In this document: positions 37,701-51,218 of the stretch, in pieces
Numbering within the stretch: position 1 is the first letter of the stretch
Layout: every line of letters starts with the position of its first letter
Assembly (NCBI RefSeq): GCF_001194135.2
Contig: NC_068992.1
Location: forward strand, 47,303,902-47,367,516
DNA from: Octopus bimaculoides
Lineage: Eukaryota
Direction: 5' to 3'
DNA: 63,615 bases
The notes under the pieces: model-generated
What the model saw: only the letters and a program-made list of their open reading frames with translations
The model's database searches: none
What the model was told of the DNA's origin: nothing
Program-made: the position numbers and the translations under genes

Positions 37701-39648
37701 GGTGGCACCATATTTTAGCAAAGGCATTCTAGATAATGGTTGCCTTTCAGCTATACAACTTTGGTAGCAGTGATAGTTGCCAAAATCTACTAACGTAATG
37801 GCAGTGAAAAGGAGATCAACAAGCTGTCACGAAGTATTAAATTGATTCTTACACTCGGCGTTGTTTGAGAAATGTAATAAGCGTCGCACATAACATACGC
37901 CCACACATACATACACACAAAAACACACACACTCATATACGCACGTACACGCATACACACACACATACACTCATACACATTTGCACAAATATATTATTTC
38001 AATTCGTTTTACTGCTTTCAGCCATTGGACAACAGCCATACGGATTCGTTGCTTTCAAGGGATTTAGTTGTTCATATCGACCTCAGTGTTTAATTCAATC
38101 CGATAGGATAGTTATAGACACCCAGATTGGATATATACATATACAAAATAGTAATCTAGAAACATCTTAACTAGATAGCGGTGATGCGTTTCTTTGCACG
38201 GCATAAACGCATAACCAATTAAAGCTGATTGCTTCATCAGGGAAAGATATAAAAACAAACCTTTCTAACAAGATTAGATTTCTTACATGTCACACAGCGA
38301 AAAACCACCGAACAAGCAGAAATTTCTAGTCGTCCGTGTTTTACAATGGGCTTCGGCAAACTGAACTAGGTGAAAAAAACTTTTACGTACATATATATAT
38401 ATATATATATATATACACANNNNNNNNNNNNNNNNNNNNNNNNNNNNNNNNNNNNNNNNNNNNNNNNNNNNNNNNNNNNNNNNNNNNNNNNNNNNNNNNN
38501 NNNNNNNNNNNNNNNNNNNNNNNNNNNNNNNNNNNNNNNNNNNNNNNNNNNNNNNNNNNNNNNNNNNNNNNNNNNNNNNNNNNNNNNNNNNNNNNNNNNN
38601 NNNNNNNNNNNNNNNNNNNNNNNNNNNNNNNNNNNNNNNNNNNNNNNNNNNNNNNNNNNNNNNNNNNNNNNNNNNNNNNNNNNNNNNNNNNNNNNNNNNN
38701 NNNNNNNNNNNNNNNNNNNNNNNNNNNNNNNNNNNNNNNNNNNNNNNNNNNNNNNNNNNNNNNNNNNNNNNNNNNNNNNNNNNNNNNNNNNNNNNNNNNN
38801 NNNNNNNNNNNNNNNNNNNNNNNNNNNNNNNNNNNNNNNNNNNNNNNNNNNNNNNNNNNNNNNNNNNNNNNNNNNNNNNNNNNNNNNNNNNNNNNNNNNN
38901 NNNNNNNNNNNNNNNNNNNNNNNNNNNNNNNNNNNNNNNNNNNNNNNNNNNNNNNNNNNNNNNNNNNNNNNNNNNNNNNNNNNNNNNNNNNNNNNNNNNN
39001 NNNNNNNNNNNNNNNNNNNNNNNNNNNNNNNNNNNNNNNNNNNNNNNNNNNNNNNNNNNNNNNNNNNNNNNNNNNNNNNNNNNNNNNNNNNNNNNNNNNN
39101 NNNNNNNNNNNNNNNNNNNNNNNNNNNNNNNNNNNNNNNNNNNNNNNNNNNNNNNNNNNNNNNNNNNNNNNNNNNNNNNNNNNNNNNNNNNNNNNNNNNN
39201 NNNNNNNNNNNNNNNNNNNNNNNNNNNNNNNNNNNNNNNNNNNNNNNNNNNNNNNNNNNNNNNNNNNNNNNNNNNNNNNNNNNNNNNNNNNNNNNNNNNN
39301 NNNNNNNNNNNNNNNNNNNNNNNNNNNNNNNNNNNNNNNNNNNNNNNNNNNNNNNNNNNNNNNNNNNNNNNNNNNNNNNNNNNNNNNNNNNNNNNNNNNN
39401 TGCTTCACCACATACCGAAGTTCAGAAATAGCAGCTAAAAAAGCCTGAGACTCCAACAGATAGCATTACTTGTAACTCACAAAGCTATGTTTGCTGATCC
39501 CTTAATTATGTTTATAAATGTATAAGAACTTTTAAATAAGTTCTCCACCGATAATGGTGTTTACATACCGAAGGGCTTGGTAAAAATTATTAATTGTTGA
39601 TTTATTAATAAATTAAGAAATTGATAAACCTTTACCCTTTTAATTGTA

Positions 39649-39686
<38 letters not shown>

Positions 39687-40384
39687 TCACACATACATAG
39701 ATACACACTTCCCCTCTTTCTGTCTCCTCTCGTTCTATGCCTTTTATATAAGTACATATATATTTACACGCACCCACATACGCAGTTTTGCACAGATGGA
39801 CATAAATATGCATGTATGTGTGTATGTAGGCATGCATGTTATGATACATATGTGTGTGTGTGAGTGTGGGCGTATGCGTGTGTACGTGTGTGAAGAGAGA
39901 AACTGAGAAGGAAGCCGCGAGATAATGCTCGAACGAAATACAGTTGGACCCACCATATGGAAATAATTGCATATGATTTGAATAATATCCAGATCCAGTT
40001 TCGTTGGCCTCTAATAATTATTTTATGCTCTTATCAATAGAAATATTCCAAATACATGACACAAAACGGGGCGAGGGCAAAGCGATCAACCACAGATTGC
40101 ACTTGGTACAAATTACCTTCTAATCCTTAAATGTATTTTCTAATTACTGTCAGCAAATATCGTTTAATCTATGAAATAACTATATTTAAACATTCACGGT
40201 AACGCTCGTCCTATGAACTAAGTAAGAATACAAATTTGTATCGATTTAACATTAATTTATTTAAATATATTTATTATATAACTCATATTCAATAACTTTA
40301 CAACTATGACGTAATATGTTCGTGTGTGACAGACTATAAAATACAAACAAGGATAAAGCTGTTATCCGTTTCATATAGACACAT

Positions 40385-40608
40385 AAAGGCGGTTCCCCAG
40401 TTCGGTTTCTGTGGCGTATGTATATTTCCCCACTGGACGAGACGCCGGTCCGTCGAAGGAGTATTCGGTGATTCCATTTAAGTGGACTGGTACAGCGTAA
40501 AATGAAGCGTTGTGTTCAAGAATATAATACATTGCCCGGTCCAGGAATCGAAACAACAATCTGAAGTACGCGAAGATAACACCGTAACCACTAAGCCATG
40601 CACGTTCA
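40385..40608 (-). mobile_element. tRNA-derived SINE family C
   Basis: Minus strand begins gtgaacgtgcatggcttagtggttacgg (A box TGGCTTAGTGG) with B box gtttcgattcc, then cacaacgcttcattttacgctgtaccagtccact. Confidence 0.75.
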
Positions 40609-43600
40609 CTAATGGAATAGACATAAAACATAGTCTAGACCTAAAACAAAGGCTAATAACAGCTGAAATGTTTTTCTTCACATCGGTACTGAGGTGACCA
40701 ATCAATAAATGTAAAAATTTGTATAGTGTTGTCATGTGAACTTCAGCGATTTAATCATGAATATTTGTGATAAATATGTTCCCAAGTTCCAATTTAAATA
40801 ACACACTAATTCACATTGCTTTGATATGTCTTGGGAGGATCTCTATGCCAATAATAAACACATGCACTGACTTTGCTTCACTTCTTTAGTAGGTGGTAAA
40901 CAATTTAGCCCTTAACTAATAAGTCGTTTAATCATTCTTTCTGTCAATCATTGGATCAATAGTTCATTAGGTAACTCTTTAACCAATTGACTGATAAAAG
41001 TAAAGAAATGAAATAGAACCAGTACTTGTGCTTATTATTGGCATAACGACCTTCCCGAAATACAACAAAATAGGTCTTAATTCACGAGTTCCCATCTAGA
41101 ATTTTGCAAACCAAATACAAAAATTAATTCACAGGAAAATGCAATAGAAATGCGAATATTGCAATTGGAAGTTTGTCTTTGATGACAATCCAAATTTCCA
41201 TCTAACCTCAGCCTAAATATACACATGACTTCTCTGTTCCCTTCTCTACTATTTGCCATCAATAATTACATTGAATCTCAGAGTTCCTTTACCGTAATGC
41301 CCTCCACGTGTTCTCTCAGAAAACTGAGAAGTAGTTTATCATATACTGAAAAATTAGTTGAAGATATTTTAATATTTGCTTTTCTAATGTTTGCGAATTG
41401 AAAAATGTCCATGTGTTAATGTGTGGGTTTACGTGAGTGTTTGCGCGCGCGTGTGTGCGCGTATGTGTGTGTGTGTGTTTAGTGTATATGCGTATGCTTG
41501 TGTACATTTGATTATTCTTAAACGTGTATATGCGTTTGTGCATGAGCCCCAGTTCTTATAGATTCATTAGAACCTAGTTTTGTTATTGTTTTTTTTTTGT
41601 TTTTTTATTCTTTCTGTTGGTAAAAAAGAAAATCAAGGGGCGGAGTTCATTTTCTCTGTGTCTTTGTGATTGGATTTTCGATATTTGTTCGATTAATTGA
41701 TCTAAATAAATTGCCACTAATGATGTAAAAGTTGAAATAGGTTATGTCTTTCTGCCTATGATATTGTAGGCGGTTCGTCAAATGTTAGGAATATTTCATT
41801 GTCAGAAAAAAATCACTATCATTGCTCACATCCCAAAGGATTTTGGAAAAATATATAAATTGACATTTGATGAACAACTCAAACAGATTTCTGTTCTTAG
41901 AGGTCATGCTGTTGTACAATATATCACTGTATGATTGTAACCGAATAGAAATGTTGCTGATTTAAAAATCTTTAATGAAAAGTATGTTAAAGGAACACAC
42001 AGTCCAACTATAGTAATACCACCAAGCTGCCAACATGTCAGTGTGCTGCAGTTAATTTTATATACATCAAAAGGAGAATTGGTAATATCGATCTAACTAC
42101 ATAACAGCAAGCGATCACAAAACTATCTGGTGTCTCTTACTATTCCCAACTACTCTCAGGCCGAAATGCAATCAATCGCAGTGAACAAAACAGACAATTG
42201 AGAGAATATTTGCTTTTCATTTGTTTTATTTTCTTTTGTTTGTTTTATTTTCTATTTTATGTTTCGTTGTCTTTCTTTTTTGTTTTATTTTTTTAACATC
42301 GCTATAAATAATAAGGATCTTGATTTCCAGAAAACAAGAACACGTGACAAGTGTAGCGTTTTACATCATAACTGGCTTTCGGCGGACATCATCGGTTCGC
42401 TGGGTTTCATGTTCATTTAAGCTTTTAATTTCGTTAGCCGGAGATAAATTTACCCCACAAACATAAGTTATATTCTTAAGTTTCTACATTATAATTCACG
42501 TCCTCGAATTTTATTTGATTAGCAATTTCGGTTAATGTTTTCTTCTAGCTTTAACCAAATCTTTTTTCTCTACTTTTCCTTGGTAATTAGTCCATCTATT
42601 TGTAGCAAGATTTTCTTACAAAAGAAAATTACATTATACCATTAATAGCCTGCTATATATGCGCAACTCCTTTTGTTCTCTTATTCTTGTTCTAAACAAA
42701 AGCAGTTGAATTATTACATTGAACATTTTACCAGGTATAAAATAAAAATTATCTGAATTAGTTGATGATGAACAATAAAACTCTAAAGAAATTGTAAGTC
42801 TTCTTAGCAAACAAGTCTTCGCATTTTTTTTCTTTTCCCTCATTTCTCTTCTCTAGTTTTCTTACTTTTTGTTAAATACTTATCAATTTTCTTGATAGAT
42901 TCGGAGTTGATTTTATGTTTTGTTTTCAGTTTAAGCACTTGATTATACATCGTAAATGAGCTAAGCTACATCACCCTCAATGGGTATATAACGGTCAATG
43001 ACAGTGATTCAAAATGAGACGGATTTCAGCACAAATACCGCCAACACAATACACAACAGTTTGTAAATTCGTTTCTTTATGCATTTCAATTATATTGCGT
43101 CATTGTAATTGGCTGCAAAAAACTGAATCCTTTTCTGTCACGATAAGCTGGACCAAGCCATCCTTAACACGCGTGTTGTGCTGAATTACAACAAAACTAC
43201 TTGACACAAACTTCAGAAATACTGGACCCGTTTTGAGCTTTCTGTTTCTTCAAGCTTCCTATGCAAAACTTGTCCTCTGTTTGATGAACTGTGTGTCCTT
43301 AGAGGGGTTAATTATCAGCATTACGCAATTGGATGTTCATATAGAGTATCATATGAACGTTTAGCAGAGAATCGTCTTTTATCAGGAGAAAGCGTCGCAT
43401 TTAGAAGACAATTTGAAGAAATTCATTATATTTTCCCCCTCTTATGGTACTTGGAAACTGAACCATATAAGAATGTTCCTTATCAAAAATATAACAAGCA
43501 CACTTGATTGCAAACGACTGTTGCGAGAGAATAATTCATACAAGATTCGATAATCATTTCAACATGGACACAGCCGGTCTATTCACATATTACTCTTATT

Positions 43601-43962
43601 TTTAGAACAATTATTTCACTAATATTGCATGGCGTCTTATTGTTTATGTCATTTGGAAATTTAAATTTCTGCATATTACAGAAATTAGATAAAAAGTAGG
43701 AACGAACATACTTTCATGGAGAATCGAAACAGCCGCGCTGATTCTCGGGCAGTTTTTGACTTACTTCACAAGGCTCGTCTTATATATCGATTAATATTGG
43801 TCTGTTTTAATCAACAAAACACAGAGCCTTAGATTTTAAAACCTGGTGTAATACAAAGCTGTAACTCTCTTGGTTTCAAAAAGTCATTAACGATGAGAAG
43901 CCGAACAGACTTGAAGATACAAATCGGTCAGTTATTATCTTTTGCCCTATACTCGGGTGATC

Positions 43963-44163
43963 ATGACGTCATATGATTTCGGTCAGCTGAAGAGCAATTG
44001 TTTAGAGTGCCGTCTCATAATAAAAAGGGGTAGCTTATTTCTTGTTAATTTCCCAGTCAGGTTATATGGCAAAGAGAACAAACCAATGGTTATTTAGAAG
44101 TCGTCTCTCTGAAGTTGTTATCATTTCCTGTCGCCTGGTTTTCTTAAGATGCAGCTGACGTCA
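43963..44163. promoter_or_regulatory. Possible enhancer: two full CRE palindromes each paired with a CAGCTG E-box
   Basis: TGACGTCA at 43964-43971 and 44156-44163; CAGCTG at 43984-43989 and 44152-44157; lies in a repeat-poor stretch. Confidence 0.25.
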
Positions 44164-44434
44164 TAAGCACAGGTTTCAAACGTCTGTAATTAATTACGCA
44201 AGCAGGAATGTGAAACAGTTCATTAATGCTTCATTATCTCAGCAATCGTGAATAGAGGAATGATTAATTAAATATTTAAATGATGTTTCTTATGGAAAAT
44301 AAAATTCTAGGATTATGCAATAAGTCAATAATCCTCTTTTACACCTATGATTGTTTCTGTGTGTTTAGACACAATCATAAAAGTACTACTACTACAACCA
44401 CTACTATCTTAATATAAGTAATTATTAATTTCAA

Positions 44435-44625
44435 ATTTTGACACAAAGCTAGCAATTGCGGGGGTGTAAGTCGATGACATTGATCTCAGTCATCAACTGG
44501 TACCTATTCTATCGACCCCGAAAGGATAAAAGGAAGTTCGACTTCGGCAGAATTTGAACTCAGAACGTAAGGACGGATGAATTACCGCTGAGCATTTTAC
44601 CCGGCATGATAACGATTCTGCTATG
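44435..44625 (-). mobile_element. SINE family B
   Basis: atcgaccccgaaaggataaaagg...cggcagaatttgaactcagaacgtaaggacggatgaattaccgctgagcattttacccggcatgataacgattctgc. Confidence 0.85.
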
Positions 44626-45394
44626 AGGGTCAGACATTCAGATGAAAGATGATTCATTGCATGAAGAACATCAACCATCCTTCTTGTCTTCATTATCGAT
44701 TCATTATATTCCTTGCATTTGTAAATGTCTCTTCTGGTTTCTAACCTTTTCCTAGGATTTGTTTCATGACCCCAAGGCCCACAAACGGGAGTGAAACTGT
44801 AGTTTGATCTATATATATAGTCAGATGTGTATATGTGTGTGTGCGTGTGTGGGTGTGAACAGCTGTGTACGTGAATGTAGCTATATGTGAGCGCCTCTGT
44901 CTATGTATATGTATGGGTGATTGTGAATGTGTTCCAAGATAGAATTGTTCCAAGATAGAATTCCACGTTGGTATCAGTTCCGTATAAGTTATGAGTTCAT
45001 ATCAAGCAACTTTCAGCTTGTGTGACTTCCATCCATTCAGTGTCGATAACAATACGTACCAGTTAAGGGTAGTGGTTTAACAAAATTCTTAAAGCATTAT
45101 CCAGCTTCTGCTCGTTTGTGCATTTTGAGATCATATCGTGCCTCGTTAGCGAAAACCTGTGGCGGTTTTATCAAGAGATGCGACGGATCTGGCGGTCACA
45201 ACTCGTGACAGTAATTTCAAAACTCACTAAAACTATATATATNNNNNNNNNNNNNNNNNNNNNNNNNNNNNNNNNNNNNNNNNNNNNNNNNNNNNNNNNN
45301 NNNNNNNNNNNNNNNNNNNNNNNNNNNNNNNNNNNNNNNNNNNNNNNNNNNNNNNNNNNNNNNGTATTAGTATGACGCTCGGGAATACGGAAAG

Positions 45395-45431
45395 TCTTTG
45401 ACGTTTCGAGCTACGCTCTTCAACAGAAAGA
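45395..45431 (-). ncRNA. Minimal type I hammerhead ribozyme (Penelope-type) with CUGUUGA core variant
   Basis: UCUUU-CUGUUGA-A-GAGC-GUA-GCUC-GAAA-C-GUC-AAAGA: helix I 5 bp, helix II 4 bp, palindromic ACGU helix III, GUC site; one core deviation (A6U). Confidence 0.65.
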
Positions 45432-45497
45432 ATACGGAGACAAGGAGAAAAACACGGAGAAAAAAAATTGAATAGTGTCCAGTCAACGGTCAATATA

Positions 45498-45535
<38 letters not shown>

Positions 45536-46430
45536 TGTATTTATGTATCTATGTATATGTATGTGTATGTGTATGTGTGTATGTATATTGTATATATTAA
45601 CGGCAATACATGTAGGTGTGAAAAGATGTACCGAGTAGTATTTAGAACTCGGATTACAAACATTGAAACATGGTATTCACCATCGGACCACAAACACTGA
45701 AATACATAAGACAATTGGGTATTATGAACGATAGCTTTATTTTGCTTTGTGTGTGTTTGCGTGTGTTGTGTCGTGTGTGTGTGCATGTGTATGTGTGTAC
45801 GTGTGTGTCTAACTCAGAATTGTCCATACACATATTTATAATAATAAGAGCTTCCTGTATTCACTGAGCATTGTTTTACTTGATTATACTCAAATATATT
45901 TACGTGTATTACCAGTGAGGAGGGCTACTTGGCTTTCCACGCTTCTGATCATTTAGGCCAACAACCTAACGCTTGTCCATTCCTAGCAAACTTTTGTATC
46001 AATTCACTAATTGCAAAGTCCAGACTATATGTCCCGTGACTGAGAGACAAGGGAATAAAACATTATTTTGTCTGTATGAGAGTTATGTTTTTATTTCAAT
46101 ACATTTATACATGGTATGTCACAGATGTGACGCCATTTTGATGCGAGTTATATATTAGAGATAGATTTCTGATAAATTTTTAAAAGGAAAAGCAAAAATG
46201 GTGTTGATCTGTTGTTTATTGGGATATACATTGATGCCCATAAATCTACCAAGGCAAAAGTAACAACAGTTGATATATGCATGTAACGTGTGTGTCTGTA
46301 CATGCATAATACATATATACAATATGTATATATATGTATGTATACATATTTGTGTGTGTATGTGTGTGTGTATACAAACATCAATTGTTGATACTTTTAC
46401 GTCACTAAAATTTAATATATCTATATAGAA

Positions 46431-46592
46431 GCGCAGGTGTGGCTGTGTGGTAAGAAGCTAGCTTCCCAACCACATTGTTCCGGGTTCAGTCCCACAGTAT
46501 AACGTCGCGTGTGAGTGTCTTCTACTATAATCTCGGACCGCCCAAAGGCTCGTAAGTGGATTTGGTGGTCGGCAACTAAAAGAAGACCCGTC

Positions 46593-46593
<1 letters not shown>
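46431..46593 (+). mobile_element. tRNA-derived SINE family A, 5' half, broken by compound microsatellite 46594-46700
   Basis: tggctgtgtggtaagaagc (A box), gggttcagtccc (B-box-like), ...agaagacccgtcgtatatat then (TA)n(GA)n(GGTA)n. Confidence 0.85.
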
Positions 46594-46683
<90 letters not shown>

Positions 46684-48209
46684 GGTAGGTAGGTAGGTAG
46701 ACATGGATAGAGATAGCGACATATTCTTCAACCGACTGCAAACCAGATCTATCTATCAAAGCTCCGCTAGGAATCGCTGTTTCCAGGTATGATTGTTACG
46801 TCCATAATATCAGGCTGTGTGTCTCTAACCATGCTGTCAATGTAGTTGAGTGTCTTCTGTCCTCTATCAAGGTACGAATGTCTTAATGTAACATCCAGTC
46901 TCCACTCTTTTACATCACAATAGCATTGGTCAATAGAGCGTACATTGCATTGACCAATAAATAGTAGAGATTAGTGGATGTATGCTTGAGTGTGTGTAAG
47001 TGTGTGAATGTGTGTGTTTGTGTGTGTGCACGCGCATGCGCCGCGTACCTGTGATCCAATGCTCACGTCTCAATTAAAGAAATATGTACTTCTGTTGATC
47101 ATCCAATGGCGCCCTCAGTGTTTCCACGACATTATTTTTTAACTCATGAGTTATTCTGATTTGCCATATAACCTCTTGTATTAAACTCAGGATGAATTTT
47201 ATATTGATTTTTGTTGGGTTTTACTCCATGTCACTGCCATATCAATTATTTTTTTGTTCCGTTTGACTACGATTTACCAAGAATCGAGATAACGAATCGA
47301 GAACGACCACATATAATATGGTCACTCTTCATGCCAGAAAAAACTAGCTAATTATCCGTCATATTTTGGGCTTTCAGCTTAAAACATGCCAAAGGACTTA
47401 TTTGTTAATGGACTGTCATGTCATGATTAGAATGATCTTGCCTATAGTTCAGCTTCATTAGAAATAAGCTAAAGCCAAACAGAAACAACAGCAGACATTT
47501 TTCTTCATATGATTCGGTATATTGGGAGAGAGATTTATTATCAAATAATGAAAATATCAATAAAGAAATAAATTGATCACTCATTCGTTCGATGATTCGA
47601 TCCTCAATCACTTCACCAATCAATTAATCAATTACCAACTTAAATTACCACTCCATTCCCTTCATATTTTAAATTGTTATCACAAGATCTTAACTTCTCT
47701 GATAATTTCTAACATTGAGACGTCCGTAAGGGTAAGACACTCAACTAGTATCCTTTCAAATTTGAATGCAAGCATTATTCTGGATCTTTGGCAGAATGAT
47801 TTATTTCCTGCTGCAGATCAGAGTTCTAATACCTAAACACTTGTGAGCTACGTTTGAGTTAGACTAGCTTCCTATACAGGAGCATGATATTTATATTCAT
47901 TACACTTTACAGCTGACAAGTGCAATAACTTTAAAGCGAGTCACAAAACGGGACGAAGTCGTTTTATTTGCGGTGAAAAAAGGTGTTATATATAGGTTAC
48001 ATAACTATGTGGTTTTGCGACGTTCATTCATTGCCCTTTGGTATTTATATTGTCATAGATAAAGGAAATGCAATTTGAAGCAATGGGGCTTGATGCCTCA
48101 TTACTTTTCTCTTTTAACTCTTCACTAACGGGCCTTGACACGAAGCGAAATGTTTCTTTAAGTGCATGACTGACCTGAGTTTTTGTTTAAATGTTTCCGC
48201 ACTGCCTTC

Positions 48210-48570
48210 GTGTTTCGAGTTTAAGTCGATGGACTTACAACCATAAGTTAGCGGGTTCGATTCCGGGATCAAGTGGATCGTCGTGGCCTTCCTTGGTCGA
48301 CGCATTTCATTTCACGTTGTTCTAGCCTACTCAATTGAAACATGTAGAAAGCATAATTATTACAACTTCTTCTTCTCTTTCTCTCTCTCTCTCTCCTTCT
48401 CTCTCACACACTCTCTCTTTATCTACCTTTTACTCACTCAAGCTCTCATTCACTCCAGCTGTCACATCCTCAGCAGATCATTTGGCCAAGACTGAGAACG
48501 TCCACAGGGGAGCTATATCTGCTTCCGACTCCACATGCCCCTAAGACACTTAGCAAAACCTGGCTGTCTG
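48210..48570 (+). mobile_element. SINE family C, decayed
   Basis: B box gggttcgattccggg, then catttcatttcacgttgttctagcctactca, related to 40385-40608. Confidence 0.55.
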
Positions 48571-49570
48571 TTACCAAATCATAAACACTTACAATCGACA
48601 GCTATGGTTTTTTTCTATGATTTTACGTATCTGTGAAAGGGTTTGTGTGTGTGAGTTAGAGTGTGTGTCGGAGGGAGTAGAGTCTGCGTTAATACAGCAA
48701 ATTTTAGTAGACGGCTCCTGAAGCAAACCAGAATCATACATGCATAGATGCACACATATGCACATGCATACATTGAGATAGGTAGACAGATACAGAGAGA
48801 GAGACAGATGCAAGCATACATACACATATAAATAAATGTGTGTGTATACATACAAGTAAGTGTGTGTATACATACATATGTGTGTATGTATACATTATAC
48901 ATACGTACGTACACACGCACACACACATATATGTATATATATATACACACACACTGTTGTAATTGTGATGAGTTATTCGGGAGTGTTGATCCAGGTGCGG
49001 AGGTGATACATGCTTAATCCGATTAGACTTACTGAATCCAGCTATTCCTTCAAAGCCATGTGAGTTCACGCGTGCTAGCGCACGCACGTATATGTACGTC
49101 TCTCGCTGTGCAGTCGTCAATGTAGCTGGTCGTCTGCTTCTGTGTATATTTATAACGATGTGCGTTTCGCTTGTATAATTGTACGATTGTTTTCTTTATG
49201 CGATGTGGGTTTCAAGAGCGTGGGTTTCACAAATTGTTATTCTCTGTGTAGCTGTAATTTTGGTTGTTTTAGCTTTTCTTGTTATCGTTTTTCTTTAGCA
49301 CTTGGTCAACTCTGAATGGATATTTCAACAGTAGTTATCCCAAATACCCAGCAAGGTCCAACCATAAAGAAAAATTAACTTGCTTTCCGAACTGCTGTGA
49401 TATTGCCTACACTACAATTATGTGGGATAATAAACTGGACGATCCGGTTCGATTATTAATAATTTCAGCCCTTGTGAGAAAAATTATACGATAGGAAATT
49501 ATAATATCAATACTAGAAACAAACAAATCTAGGATAGAAACGACTGAACAATTAATGACTGGAATAACGT

Positions 49571-49963
49571 GGAGGCGCAATGGCCCAGTGGTTAGGGCAG
49601 CGGACTCGCGGTCTTAGGATCGCGGTTTCGATTCCCAGACCGGGCGTTGTGAGCGTTTATTGAGCGAAAACACCTAAAGCTCCACGAGGCTCCGGCAGGG
49701 GATGGTGGCGAACCCTGCTGTACTCTTCAACCACAACTTTCTCTCACTCTTACTTCCTGTTTCTGTTGTGCCTGTAATTCAAAGAACCAACCTTGTCACA
49801 CAGTGTCACGCTGAATATCGCCGAGAACTACATTAAGGGTACACGTGTCGGTGGAGTGCTCAGCCACTAGCACGTTAATTTCACGAGCAGGCTGTTCCGT
49901 TGATCGGATCAACTGGAACCCTCGACGTCGTAAGCGACGGAGTGCCAACAACAACAACAACAA
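49571..49963 (+). mobile_element. Full-length young tRNA-derived SINE with 3' stem-loop and (CAA)n tail
   Basis: A box TGGCCCAGTGG, B box GGTTTCGATTCC, ~300-bp GC-rich body, hairpin CGTCG-TAAG-CGACG (49926-49939), tail CCAACAACAACAACAACAA; no TSD found. Confidence 0.95.
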
Positions 49964-50708
49964 ATTGAAACTTCATTGCGAGAATCACTAATCTATGTTT
50001 AGGTATGATATCGCTTGTCTAACAACTCTGTCTAAATTTTTGCATTCTCTCACCAGTAATAACATTCAATGTAAAATTGATTGGTCCATCGTAATAAACA
50101 ACCGCATATGCGTGGAGATATTTGTGCGGGCTTTATATATTCCAGATGATCCATATAAGTAGAATTAAATCGAATATAAATAGTCAATGCGATAAATTGA
50201 TCATAAGATACAAGCGTCTTTGAAATAAGTCGTTCCTATAAGCTATGAATAACTAAACCATAAATTAACATATCACGCTTAAACCAGCAGATCTATATAA
50301 TCTATCATCAACGTGATTGGCTATTTTTTTTTTCCTAATGACGACTATAAATCATGCTACCTTTTGTATATTACGCATTATATAATACGGTACTACCTAA
50401 CAATTTAAATTCGTAACATACTCGTCCTTCATACTCATATATTATGTGTGTGTGTATGTGTGTGTGTGTGTGAGTATGCATGTATGTATTATGTATGTAT
50501 GCATGCATACATGTATGTATATGCAAATATTCATGTTAAGACAATTACGCTTCCATGACCGACTCGAACTCTGTCAACCAACACGTCAGAACCTCCTTAC
50601 AGATGTGTTTACATTTTAAACCACGTGATATGAAATCTGCATATTAATGTCTGCGTCTGTGTACACATACATATTGATGGATATATATATATATATACAT
50701 ATATATGC

Positions 50709-50739
<31 letters not shown>

Positions 50740-50872
50740 CAGGTACATATATGTACGTGTATGTGCGTGTATATATGCGTATATATGTGCATAAATATAT
50801 TTATGTATGTATATACATTTAACCATATAGATATATATGCATGCGTAGGCGTGTATATACGCAGTTATGTAC

Positions 50873-50905
<33 letters not shown>

Positions 50906-51135
50906 AAGAGATGGACAGGTAGACAGACGGACAGGTAGACAGACAGACAGACAGACAGATATATAGATAGATAGAGAGGTATACATATATATGTGTGTAT
51001 ATGTATGTATTTATAGGAATGTGTGTGTATCTCTATGCATCATTACATCTGTAATTTTAGCGCAAATATGGTCATGCTTGATAAACTGTCAACTGTCAGC
51101 ATATGTGTATGTACATATTGTACGTATGCACATAC

Positions 51136-51166
<31 letters not shown>

Positions 51167-51181
51167 TGTATGCATATAACA

Positions 51182-51218
<37 letters not shown>

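Noticed and set aside
38180-38290. Minus-strand GAAA...21 nt...CTGATGA, spacing like the permuted hammerheads
   Set aside because: Helix I and III partners are mismatched at the required registers.
49571-49645. tRNA-like sequence
   Set aside because: It has A/B boxes but continues into a SINE body and tail with no proper acceptor stem; it is a SINE head, not a tRNA gene.
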